From Balanoglossus misakiensis (lineage: Eukaryota > Animalia > Hemichordata): a DNA stretch of 64,000 nt. How positions within the stretch are numbered: the first letter of the stretch is position 1; every line of letters begins with the position of its first letter. A program made the position numbers and the translations under genes. The notes below the pieces were generated by a model. That model worked only from the letters and a program-made list of their open reading frames with translations. It did not search any database and was not told where the DNA came from. Positions 39,301 to 52,507 of this stretch are shown in pieces. The stretch is from positions 7,279,846 through 7,343,845 of the forward strand of contig CM082577.2 in NCBI GenBank assembly GCA_040954595.2. Direction: 5' to 3'.

Positions 39301-42300
39301 TCAGATGAGCACTTGAGTTTTGGTGACTCTTTCCCGCCCGTCTTCTGAAGTAGTTACGCATCTGGTGATGTCATGACTGTATTCCTGAATGTTCGTTTCC
39401 ATGACGATGGCATGAGAAAGTGACGAGGTGGAACTCTGTAGAGTCACGCTCGATGCCTGATGTCTTTCTGCAAATCGACGCCGACCGTAGAGCGAGGACC
39501 TGGTCATCAGACGTGAGATCAGTTTACGTGGTCTGGCTGGCTTTCAATTGCGTGATGTTCAGACAGCATTCTGATGCCGCAACTAGATTAAAACGATGAG
39601 TCTTGCTGAATTCTTGCCGACTAAGGTGCCGGCGTGGCGCTTTCATTATCACACCTTGTGGTTGCAATCAGCGTATAATTTAATACAGGTTTAAAGTAAA
39701 TGATGATTTATTGAATCGACCCGGTTCAAAGTCTTTTACCCATACTGCTGTAAAGTAAGCGTCGTAGCGATACTCTGACCGGTACTTCTGATAAAGTACT
39801 AATGGCTAGATTTACATGCATTGAGGTGATTGTACTTTAACCCAACAACACTGTTTAGCCTTTTGCATTCAGATTTTAAATCTAAGGATAGAACTCGGAG
39901 GAACAAAATTGACATTGACATCTGCTCGATATCAATCAAAATTGTGATCTTCAGATGTCACACATGATGTGTGTGTGCTCATGTAGTGTATGTGTACTAA
40001 CTTGCATCTGAAATACACAGCCATTGCCACTCCCAAGGTTTTTAACCTTACTGCTGCTGTACATGTTGGGCCATTCAGTTTATGCAGACTTCAGTCGGCG
40101 TGGGTTGCTGGATCTTAAAGCCAGACAGGCCTACTTGATAACTGATTTAGAGCAGATATGATTTCTTGCAGTTTATCAAGGACTACTTGAAAGCATTTTT
40201 CGGTATCTTCTGCACTAAATCAAAGCCAGCAGAACAAATAAATTTGATGTAGATGTATGTGTTGGCATTTCAAGCTAGACAGTTACATGCAGCAGAATTT
40301 CGGAAATTTCCTTCAGCAAACCACGGAAACCACTTTGGTGCGTAATCCTGCCCAACATGGCAGAGACAGGATAAAATCTGCTCATCCACTTCCAGCGATG
40401 ACTACCCAGCAGATGAATTTGTCGTCTTGAAGTTTCTTCCGACTGCAGATGCTGATTGCCATGGCAACCTACGTTTTGCATCTACGCTGCAAGTCGGCAC
40501 GCTCAAAAGAAATAAAATTTCCAAAGATGTTTCATTTCTGTGGCATCACAATGCTGGTGTTTGAATAATACATTTCAATTCCGTTCACGTTTTCCGCTGA
40601 AACTGACAAGAAACTGCCTCCTCCCTTGTTGACCTCTGGTTGGAAGCTGCACCAGTTTCTTATACACAGAACCCTGGGCATTTCATTATGGGCATACATA
40701 TTAATATGCTTGCAAGTCAGAATGTACAGATTGCGTGAGTGAAAATTCTCATCCCTGTACATAATGAGTTCTGATAAAAATTTCATTCTGCGTTTACCAT
40801 CCGTCGCTATCGTTGAAAGTAGAATTTTGTTCTGAAATTGAAAAACAAACTGTAATGCATCCAAGGAAAGCTCAGTCTTCAATCGCCATTAAAGTGAGAT
40901 TTTCACATCACACAAACTCAAAAAAATTAACATTGATTTTATAAAGTGTGGCAAATGCCATAGTCATGCTTGCCTTTTCTATATGATAAAAGAACTTGGC
41001 AAGTGTCATATTTCAGTAATCCAATCACCATGTGTGATGTAAACCTTGACATCTTAATCCTGTAAAACACAGGTAACCTCTGAATGAATCTGGTACATAG
41101 ACAGATAATCCATCCATTGTTTGTTTACATGACATTCAATGTATACGTGTGCCCTGGAAATATAATATACTGTTTCAGTGTTTGCACCGACATAAATAAA
41201 TTGTTCCCTAATGATTTATCGCAGGATATGTTGAGATCTGTAATATGCTGTGAATAATGGTGCTTGTATTTTGTAATGCTGCTAACACACCGGAGCTTAT
41301 TCAATTTGCTCTGTTGAAATATAACCAGGTTGATTGATTCTCATGTGGTTGTCTGCATTTCTGATTGTCTTTGTGGGCAGTTTTGATTCTGTACATAACT
41401 ATTCGTAGAACTGCATAAAAATTGAGATTTTATATTTCAAAGTGTGTCGTCTGTAGTGTGATTTACTAGTTCAAGATAACATATGCTGTAGGGACAAAAA
41501 AAAAATAATAATGGCGCACCTATGAAATAAAACTAGAGTTTTATAGGTAATGAGTTTTATGGGTACATGTAATCAGGCCTGCAAGCAATCTTATAGAAGG
41601 GAGAGCTACTTAAAGAAATACCGCAATTACAGGGTGTAGTATTCCCAGTCATTGTCAAAATCACTTTGTAAAAGCTAGTAATATTGCCAAAGGTGGATTG
41701 CATCGATATGCACGGAGACTCACTGATAATCAGCGGGCCTGGCGGGAGAGATTTTCCCTCATTGGCTTATCTGTGTTGTCTCTTTTTTCGATCTTCCTAG
41801 GGGAGCCATTGGTGTCGGTCTCTATGGCAACCAGGTGATTGCCGGGGGAGTCAAGAAGTTTTCAGAGGCTGCAGAGGAGGCCAATACTACAATTGATGAC
41901 ATAGAGACAAAGGTAAACTGGAGAACCAAAATGGGGTCAGAAATCTGAACACAGGATCAGTCAAGGAATTTGCTATGGAGCTGAAGAACAACACTGTGCA
42001 GGAAATGTCTGCAGTCGAAATCACATCGAAATATTAAAATGTGTTACATAGTTATGATGGAAAATTTTTGTCAAGTTTTGATGAATCATATTCGGTCTCA
42101 TTGTACTAATAAATTTAATTGTTGGACTGTATTTCCTAGTTGTGGAACAAATCTGGCTTTATTTTCCATAAAAGCGCGGCACTAGGAAAAATTGATTGGA
42201 AACTGGTATATGCAATGCTGATACATTATTGATGGGCAGTGACCTTTGATGGTATTTGGGACAGAAAAACCTGACTTTTTTTCCTGGCAAGCTACATCTA

Positions 42301-45300
42301 CAGATGTTTACAGTTTGAGTTGATTTGCAATTTCAATTGATTTTACTAGGTCGCGATAATAGACACAACTCTCAGCGATGACATGACGCAGTGCGTGGAG
42401 GATCTGCAGGCGATGTTCAAGCAGCCGCGGGGAAACGTCACAGTTCAAGAGAAGCTGCTGCAGCTGAACGGCGAGATGCTGATGTGGATAGAAGACGCGG
42501 CCAACAGCATAGTCAATGTCCAGGACGAGCTGGAAGACGTCAATTTGGACGTCTCCGTAATAGCGGTGGATCACTACGAGTTCTACAGGTATTTGTCCTA
42601 GTGCTGTATTGCACTGCATGTACGGTACTTGGCTAAGACCCACGTGATATTGCAGGGTACTCATTGACCTAGAAGAATTTTTTGAAAGCGTTGGTACACA
42701 GAGAAAAAGTAAAACATGTGTACATGTAGCTCCGTGTGTTTTTATCTCTGAACCTGAAACAGAAGTACGAGATTGCAGCCACATAGTACGCAGAGCGCCA
42801 TTGGTTCAAAACCTTTATTGGCAAGTGCAGCGATCATTAGGATGCATGGCTTGCAGACACGGACAGCGCCAGAATACAGAAGTGAATCTCGCTTTCTGTA
42901 TGCTATCAGTGTATTCCCGAAGTGAGCGATTATACCGGTTCATAGCTGTATAATAATTGTGCCGACGCCTTTGGAACATGACAATATATCATGCATGGAC
43001 TGGGGAAAGAAGAGGATTTATTAGCATACAGTGCGCAATCGCATTCAGTAGATTTGCATTTTACTCTCTCGCGCCTCGATTTAGCGAACAACGCATATTT
43101 GAAATGTAGCTTCAAGATGGAACTCATAAACTTTGGAATTAGAACTCTAGCGATCCCATCTAAGCTCATCAGTGGAGTTGTGGGAGAAGGTATTTCCCAC
43201 CTGAATGAGGTAGATCGCTGTGCTTGTGACAAAAAAAGAATCATGCATGGCCATTATCAGACTCATTCAGAATTCATAGAGTCAATCAATCAGTCGAGAA
43301 AAACGACAGAGGGAAAGTTATTTATTTCATGTTTTGTTCTGTATCTGCATTTGTAGATGGCTGGTGACCATAATCGTCTTGGGCTGGGAGGCACTGGTGT
43401 GCATCTTGGTGTTCATCGGAGTGGGCAGAACCTCCAGATGCCTTCTCTTTGTGTAAGTACTAATTACGGCGCACCCTGCGTTACTCTCTGCACAGCATTT
43501 GAAGGCATGGCCCCAGTCAACCATAGCATCTAGGGCAAGTGTGGACAGACGGAAAGTGTGGACAAACTTAGAGTTGTCAGTAATAGACAATACTGTCATC
43601 CCGAGTCGAAAGTGGCCAGTTAATATGCAGAAAGATTTAAGATGAACACAGATAGATATAAACAGTTCGGCTCTCCGAGGGGGCAGCGTAATAATGAAAT
43701 TTGCCTCAGAAGACTGGGTTTTTGACAACTCAAGCAATTACCAAGACATATAGCGTGAATACGGGAGTTTAAAACCTGCAGCCAAGCAGGTGCAATCTCC
43801 ACTTAACGCCACCAATGAAAATTGATGTCTTTTAGCAGAGTAGCAAACCGTGTATTTGGCAGAGATATGCATCATTAACCAGGTGGGGGCGGGCGGCCCA
43901 GTAAATGACACAGATGCCGTGACATTTTTTTGCAAGAGGTACTAATTGCAGTGTCCCCTGACAACCGGAGTCAGCCCTGTACAGGGGGGGCCACAGCGTA
44001 TAATTGTACCCGGGGGAGACGACCCTAGAAACATCGCCAGTCTGACCTTAGTGTTCGTACTTGTGTATTTCAACATGGATGAGATCCTGATAGACGTGTA
44101 GTTTATCAAATGCAGGAATGCTTTTATGCAAACCTTGGCTGAGAAAAAGAGTTCATCCCTCATTAGAGTAACGTCATGTTATTAGATGGCTTTCTTAAGC
44201 AGTGTTCTTTGTACAGGCACTGACAAAAAACTGAAACCGGTCGTCCTCAAAGCCGCTTTGCTAATGTCTTTGATGAGACTGCCTACCTGATAAATTTTGT
44301 AACAGATTCACTGTGGATTGAATCCATCCATGAATGAGTTCAACCTTTCGTAGGGTAAACAACTGTGTTCGCTTTCTAAAGTAGCCTAGTATTATTCCCG
44401 AAGTTATATTTATCGCAGGATGATAAACTAGGGGGAATCTCGCATGCAAGACAACATCCTATTCCTAGATAAATGACATCCTGCAAAGACAGTGGAATAT
44501 CCAGCGATATTTCCATTTAAATTTAAGATGCCAATAAGGACACGTACACAAGCACACACACACACGTTTTACACGGTTTAGAACGTGATAAGCATTGCAT
44601 TGTGCCCCCACTTTGACCAGATTAACGACTCGCTTTCAATTTTATCGACAGGGCGGCCGTTCTGGGACTGATAACTTTAATCATCTGCTGGACCACATTA
44701 GGAGCAGAAATCTTTTTAGCGCTGGTAAGATATCAGATACGAGATCGGAGAGAAAAAAAAAAGTCTGTCGTGGGATGTTGTTATGCTTGTAAGCCATGTG
44801 CCCGTCATTAGCCACGGTGGTGATGGACAGGGGAGAGGAGTAGATATGATAGTCGCAAACAAAAGCTGTTAAAGATTTTGGTTTGAGATACATGTGACAC
44901 GTACGCATGCATCAGAGGCTCAGGTGGTTTTGTCTCAGCGCTGTACTAGAACACTATGAGGCAGCGCCAGCGAGAATTCGTCGCAGACTGGAAATTACGT
45001 TGAAAGCATTCAATCCTACAAGAGATGGTATCCTGCGCTGAATACTTTTGTTAAATCTATACATGGATTTCAAAAAAATGTAATCCCTCCATTTTGGCCC
45101 TCTTTTTGTGTTGTAATGATCCGCGGGGCTCTGCCACAGTTTCGAAATCAATTCATCAAAAGTTCGAACAGCTGCACCCTCCATTAGATGTCGTAAAATG
45201 GCGATGCAGTGGTGATGAGAAAGCACGAAAATCGGTGCCATCATGAAAATGGAATTTCTCCCATGATATAACAAAGAATTCAGGAAGAATATTTCCGTAA

Positions 45301-48300
45301 AACGTGCCCCTTCCTTAATGTGGGTAGTGACCTTAAAAGTGGTCTTGGTGGAAATGATTATTTTGGGGGGAATGCGTGCCAGTTCCTGCGGTATAAACCA
45401 AATTTTATGCAGATTTTCACAAAGATGTTCAAATTCCTTTCTCAATTACATTATTAAACCGAACAACCTGCAGCAGCCTTTTTAAATGTCTTCATTTCAA
45501 TTCCTGTTAATCGGCCCTTGTACTTGTTGACTGAAGTCCTTTTGAATGTCAAATTTAACTTCAATGCAAAGTGTGTCTAAATTATTATGCGTAAATGTCA
45601 AGTGTTGGTCAGTTTTGATTAGAATTCCTCTTGCAATCTCGAGTCCCCATTTTGATATATTGCTGTGCAGGTTCCTATTTTTAACTGCCATGCGAAAGTA
45701 CCAAGTGTTGTAAATTTTTATCACAGCGCCCAGACTGTGATTGCAAAAACTTGTCTACCAGGATTCTGAACGATAAACACGTCAATTATTTCTCTCTCTC
45801 TCTCTGACATTTGTCTGCTAAATATCTGATCAGCTGAAACTGCTCATGTCTTTTATTTGCTTAGACTTGCTGGGTATTTGTGACCCTTTAAACAGTCTTA
45901 TTTGTCTCGTTGGTGTTTTATCTGGCATAGAACACGTCTCCAATCTTCCCTAAATACCAAATTGTCCCTGAAGAACCATGAATGGCACGACAGGGACCCA
46001 AGTTCATTGCCACCTTCTCTTCAACGCAGCCCAAGAATTGATAACACTGCTGTTCACTGCCCTCCCTGTCTTTCCGGGGTTTAAAACAGCTATGTAATAC
46101 AAGGATTTCCAAGGCCAGGCCAACCCTTTTCAAAACATCAGATTTATATTCACACAGTTAGGGAGCTCTAGTGCACTCGGCAAAATAGACTGTATTTTCT
46201 TTGTAAAATGTGGTGGCCATGACACTGGTGAAAAGAGAACTCTTTTATTTGGCTGGGAGGGACTTTCCGGTGATAAAAAAGCAATTTATGATTAATGTGA
46301 AAAATGTCTCCGTGTTGTTTCCTTGCCTTTAGCGCTATTTTTATATTTCATAACACCGTAGATTTATAAATCATTAGGTATTCATGAAACTCACATGGGT
46401 GACCAGACATGATTGATGGATCGGATGAAATGAGGAAATATTTTGATGGACTCACTTTGCTCTGTCACGCAGCAGTGTGCGAAAACTGATGCTGTTGTCG
46501 ACATAACCACACAGACCTTTTTTATCAAACCCTCGAAAAAAGAGTTTGCCCGGCGCATTAAGCTGACAACTCACTTCGCTGTCTCCTGGCAACGTTTTTC
46601 CAAAATAGACTATCGGTTGTAAATAGACAACTTTTATGTTCCAGGAAACGTCTCTCTCACACTGGGCTAGTGACAGGCTCATCACTTTTCCTGTCTGTTT
46701 TCATGTACTTTTTTTGTTTTGTTTGATGATATTAAAAGCATGTCAGGTTTTTGTGTGTGTGCATGCCATGTCTGTATTATTCCACAGGAACTGTGAAGTG
46801 ATTGTTTTATGTGAAAAGGACTTGCAACATTAACGTGATGTTGGCAGAGAATGAATAACTTTCCTGTGTCTTTATGATATTCTCACTTATCTACACATTG
46901 CAGAATTCTGTTTACAGCATTCAGTGATTAACAAATATCACATGTAGATTGTGTGTTTCTAAATTGTCTGACAAAAAAAAAGATTTTATTTACTCTCGAT
47001 GTTGAAAGATTTATTTCCTGTTTGTATCTTTCTCAGGGCACCAGTGATTTCTGTGTACAGCCAGACACGTACATTTTAAGCAAGGTCTCCATATTTCCCG
47101 TGGATGAAGGTATGTTACCCTGGCGTGTTTTGATGTGTGTTGATGGGGGTGTTTTTTGTGAAAAGTCTGATGCTGTGTCATACAAATGCCACCTCGGTAT
47201 TTGTACAGTAGATTCATGTAATGCAACAAATGTGTCATACATATACATGTATGTATGAATACTGTTAAAACACTTTATTTTCGCGAGTCAAAATTTTCGC
47301 GATATCGAGAGCGGCCACTGTTTCGCGAGTATTAATTTTCGCGTTTTCTTATTTCATTCACTGCATCGTTATCTTCAAAAAAAATTTACGCGACTTTTTA
47401 TTTTCACGCTATTTTGGCTCTCGCGTATTTCGCGAAAATTTATTGCTCGCAAAAATAAAGTGTTTTACAGTATGTATATGCATAATACAGTAGATACATG
47501 TACATGTATACAATATATGTATCATATGTGTAATATGTACATGTACGGTATAGCTCAGACAGAATTCCAGTTTAATAATGATGCACCAATTGGTGTGGTT
47601 AGTATCCCAGAGAAAAGGTAAATTTTTACTGTTGATGATGTTGTAGCAACATCGATATAAAAAATCTAAAGAGCTCTAATGTATGCAGGATCATTCAGGG
47701 GGCACGACCCTTGTATCTGTCACCTGTTCCAGTGTTGGATAGATAACATTAATATCAGTCCTGTGCAAGACATCCATCCCATGTATTAATGATTTCTCAT
47801 CTAAAGTCTTTTAATTCAGAATGACGTCCATAATGTAGTTCTCTGCATGTATTATTAAAGTGAGCTTTCAATGTTTAGAAACATTCATCGTTTGTCATCA
47901 TATCTGATCAGTGGGATGCTGGGACTATAACTCTCAGTGGGGTCCTTGATTAGTGTACACTTGCTGTGTTATATATTTTGTTGATCCCTGGAGTGGGTGC
48001 TGCGCGGCTGGCCAGCCTCTGGAAAGAAGATAATTGCAGATCTGTTTGAGGTTCCATCAGTGAAATATAAGAGCCGTGTTTTACGTGGAAACATAAATAA
48101 ATATGGGTCTTTGTTTTTAATGAAAAGACAGCCGTGGTTATTCATTTGGGGGATATGAGTAACTGTGGCGGTTCTGTTTATCAGCTGTGTGGCTGGTGTG
48201 ATGGCAGGAGTTTTCTTTTGAAAGAAATAAAGTAAGACAAGGAAAAGCTTTTTACCTAGTGTTTAAATATGACAGAAGACCTTGTGTCATTTTCATGATT

Positions 48301-51300
48301 GCAAATGCATCACATTTATTTATCTGGACACCTGGCAAAGGCAGATTCATAATAAATAGCGTTAATTTTGAGAAATACTGACTTATGGTGGCATGTAAAA
48401 ATTCAGTTGAAGAAAAAGCTCAATGGTGTATCACTGACTGACAGAGTTCTAAGAACTGGCTGGGACAATTAATTTCTTTTCAGAACTGACCTCGAAATTG
48501 CTCGGTGGAAATGAAACCTAATAAAAGACACTTTGTGTTAGTTTGTTGCCTCAGGCCGATGGAAATTTAATTTTCTCCAATGATAACAAATATAATAAAA
48601 GCGATGAAAGGGAACATAGAGTTTCATCGCACAGGTGTTGATATAGGTTTCCATCGAGGGAATGTTTTGTGATTATTTCCAGAGATTACTTGTGCGGTGA
48701 GTTTTTATCAGCACGCACCAGCGATATTTGGCCCATTTTGTGGATGCTTGTTTTGTGACAAAATTTTACATAAATAGCCAGTGTCTCATTTTTTGCTGAA
48801 TTTTTAATTTGAACTTTTGCTGCAGTCGTTCGCTCGCTCGTGCGTCACGTCAGAGTCACCCAGACTCCATTAGTGACGGTGGCCTCCCCCCGGCAAATAA
48901 ATGTCCCCAATAATGACAACCAGGCGGATGCTTAAAACTCAGGAGACAATTACAGAGAGGAGCCATCAGGCAGATATTTTCTGTGCATCACACAGTGTTG
49001 CCACTGTCTGCCTTTTCAAATAGCAACATGGTTGCTATGGCGATGCACAGAATTAAAGTCTGGATTCATTGTGATTGCTGCAGGGTGTAGTCCCCGATGA
49101 ACAGAAAAAATGTTCAAATTCAGAATTTTTTTTTCGCTCTCAACGCTAGTCGCCTTGTCCCCAGTGGTGTCACGGACAGTCGAAAATCACTGTCGCTTTC
49201 AACGTAGTTTTTCCATGTTTCGACATTTTTGCAGTCTTTGGGGAAATAAAATTGGCCAAAATATCGAACGAATTATAACAACCTAAAAAGTATCATATAG
49301 TCGTTCTTTGATAAATACCTCACAAATACCCCACTTTGGTGTTCATCGCAGTGCTTGAAGTCACACATGAATTATTTTCATCATCTAAATGTTAAAAGCC
49401 ACAGGTGGATTCTGAATATTTTAATCTGTTTTGGTCCAGATTCTCTGATAGATGGGTTCTGACTGCAAAAAGGAGACATGCAGGTGTAAACCACAGAAAA
49501 AAAGTGTGTCTCACGTACACATGAACAGGGGAATGTTAATCTCAACGCATTGTGCACACCTAGCACAGTGTTTTGATTTTCCTCCTTAACATGCAAACTC
49601 ACAGATCTGAGATGATGGTCTATCTGGGTTTCCAAGGAGACCAGAATCAAGATTACATTTTGTCTTTTGTGCGTGTGTGTGTCTGCCCACTTCCTTCCTA
49701 GCTAAAAAAAACTTGTTTGTGAGAAAGGTAGAGCCACCAGGGAACGCTGTCTGTTAATCTGATATCCCATACCATCAGTTTGTGCATAATTGATGCCCTA
49801 AATCATCCAGGATTTTCCTGGACAAATTTGGACAGCATCTATTCTTGTCTCTCTAGAGCATCAGACCAAACCTCGCAGTGCCTCCCTAAACTGATTAGTG
49901 TTTCTCTGCCACTCTCTCCTAGATATCATGGAATATTATCTTTATTGTTATCCAGACTCGTATAATCCATTTGAAGATGTAAGTAGTTTTCTGATTGTTT
50001 CTGTCATTGCGCCCCCATACGTTGATTTGAAAATTTATTTCGTCTTTATTTGTGAGACCCAGTTATGGGCTACAATTTTTCCAGTGATAAATTATCTACA
50101 ATGCTGTTAGTATTAACATTAATATTTGGCTTAGACAGCCTCTGTGTTATATTTAGAAGTGCAATGTTCTCTGCCAAAATAGGTTAATATTATATGCTTA
50201 TTCTCTCTTCACATCTATCTTTAGTTCTTGCAAGAATGTCAGGTCAACCTTGACCTTGCACAGACCAACCTGAAAAAAGTGGAGAGTCTGGCCAGTCAAG
50301 ACTATCCAAGAGCTATGGTAAGTTGGCTCAAGGCATTTTGTTCTTTCCGGTTTAACCCTTTCACCACCATGGTTTTCTCCAAACCCATTGTTTTCTATAG
50401 TAATGTTGGACCTCTATACAGGAAAATGGGGGTGAAAAGGTTATAAATACTTGACAGTTGGTATTGCACTTTATATGAATATTACACATGTGCATTATTT
50501 CATGCTTTGTTGTACATTTTGTAGAGCACAATACACGTGATGGACCGGGGCCTGAACCAGACAGAGATGACCCTGCATGAATTGCAAGCCCTGGTCACCT
50601 GTGATGTCTTGCACACAGAATACATGCAAGCCCTGACTGGCCTCTGTCATGACGTCTTGTAAGTACCGTTCCAGAACAGACAAGATGACTGCATCGTGTA
50701 CTGTTCATCTGCAAGACACTACTGAAGACACAGTATTTTTAATCTTAATGGGCTTTTTTCTATCAAAGTATGGCAAATCCTCGTACACAAAACTGACAGT
50801 CGAGTATTTGGATTTTATAACAGACAATTGTGTTGAACAGCCAGCTTCTCTGGTTCACAGTAACATGCACGTTGTCTCAAATAAATCTATGCATTTATTC
50901 CAACTCCCAGTCTGTACAAGCATACATACCATAATAAACCCCATCCTCGTTCCCTCGCTCTCCTAATGATTTTCCACAGTTCTTATCCGTCATGAACTGA
51001 AAAGACGCAAACTCAAAATCTTCGTTATTTTGTTGTCATCAACAGAAATGGTTTGACGTTACTGCTGCTGTGTACCTTGGTGGCTGGACTGATGTTCACT
51101 GTCTTGGTCCTTGTTGGATCTTGTGCTTGGAGGAAATTAGTCAATAAGTAAGTGTGGGAATTTTGTCTTCTACACTCAGATCTTTTGTCAGGGCAAAAAG
51201 CACCACAGTCAGCAAAAGTTGGCCCGTCGATTTTTGCTTTCTTCCTGTACATGTAAGACTAGAAAGTGGCTTTACTTGTAAACTGATGTAATATGCTGGC

Positions 51301-52507
51301 AACTGCTATAAAATTGATATCCCAGTTGGCAAAGTTAAAAAATGCTGACCCTAGTATATGCGTGCGACAACCATCTTGCAGGAAAGACTATTACAAAGTG
51401 GAGAAGGCAGACCCGTACTTCCCCAAACGGGAAGCCGGCAGCTCAGCTCCTTACCTTGAAGCCTACTACAGTAACAACATCACCATGCCAGCTATACTGA
51501 GATCTCCGGAGCAGCAAGATCATGAAATAAGTTCCTTGAGGTGAGGCGGGGCTGGGATTGCATATCTCTGTAGTATGCTCTGCTGAAGTGCAGTTTTCTT
51601 CTTTTGTGTAAATTTGCCAAAAAGAACCTGACTCCTACAACTACTGTGTATATACAGATGGCAGCATCTCTGTGTCTGTCTGTGTGTACTAATACTACAT
51701 TCTACTATCTACTACTGCAGGTACTGCTACTTTGCTAGTACTAGTAACTGCTATTTCCTGCCTTCACCATCACCACTACCGCCCCACAGAAATAAAAGAA
51801 CTGTTTTGATAATGTATTCCATGCATATAACGCCTTTCAAAGCTGAGTTTACCACAACCTCTCATAGAGATCCCTGCTGATGTATTTTCTCTCGTTTTTT
51901 CCTGACGCTAGCACTGGCAGAGACAGTGCAGAGATCACCTCCAGGCCAGTTGCAAGCAATGACATCACAGCCAGGACACACAGGTACAACGATTCCCAGG
52001 CAGTGCAACAGCCCAATGGCGAGACTACACTGCCGTTGATACGAGGCTCTCCGCCACCAGCAGTAAGTAACTCAGGGGTTTTGTTAGCTCCCATTTTGTA
52101 TATACTGGTGGGAGCTTGTGGGATTAGTCAGTGGCCGTCTGTCTGTCTGTCTGTCTGTCATGACGGAAATTCACAACTATTTAACCTCCCCCCCCCCCCC
52201 CCCCCATCAAAAAGTGGTCTGATTGTATTGTTTTCAGTGGTTGTGGTGGACTAGTACGCAGAGTTCTACAAAAGGGTTTTACACACCCTGTGCCTATCAC
52301 TAATATTGTACATTTTTATATCATCAACGTTCAGTTTTACTCTACTACTAATATCTGTATAAAAAAGATAAAAATCCTTTTTTCTTCTTTTTCTTGTTCC
52401 AGTACCACCCTGTGTTGACAGATCCGTATCACGGGCAATTCGAGAATGATGAGCCACCAATCCGTATGCACTACGGCACGGCGTCATCAAGGACAACTGA
52501 CTTCTGA
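18318..52507 (+). CDS. TTYH: Protein tweety homolog (TTYH family), ~563 aa, 14 exons, ~18.8-kb first intron
   Basis: Exons 18318-18452, 37277-37440, 41801-41912, 42350-42588, 43357-43452, 44652-44724, 47037-47109, 49923-49978, 50225-50317, 50525-50658, 51046-51147, 51382-51540, 51912-52062, 52403-52507 total 1692 nt in frame. Family motifs are STFIPDSYDY, GAIGVGLYGN, YEFYRW, GTSDFCVQPD, YYLYC..NPF, LHTEYMQALTGLCHD and SPPPAY. Confidence 0.93.
19741..19806. repeat. Near-perfect inverted repeat (30-bp arms) forming a hairpin
   Basis: AAAAGATGGTTACTCATTCAACAAAGACGG-TGACTA-CTGTCTTTGTTGAATGAATAACCATCTTTT, with 2 differences between the arms. Confidence 0.9.
37623..37805. mobile_element. MITE, Kolobok-like (TTAA TSD)
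   Basis: TTAA|AGGTATACGGTCAC ... GTGACTGTATACCT|TTAA. Confidence 0.75.
47262..47470. mobile_element. MITE with TA TSD (Tc1/mariner-like ends) and internal TTTCGCG repeats
   Basis: TA|CTGTTAAAACACTTTATTTTCGCGAG ... CTCGCAAAAATAAAGTGTTTTACAG|TA. Confidence 0.85.
50356..50440. mobile_element. Short piggyBac-like MITE
   Basis: TTAA|CCCTTTCACCACC ... GGGGTGAAAAGG|TTAT; a related copy lies at ~56927-57022. Confidence 0.6.

Noticed and set aside
44954-45445. 163-aa minus-strand ORF in a tweety intron
   Set aside because: No transposase, RT or other motif; possibly an old repeat, but no TIRs or TSD could be defined.
45865-45930. Candidate tweety TM4 exon
   Set aside because: In-frame stop; the true exon is 44652-44724.
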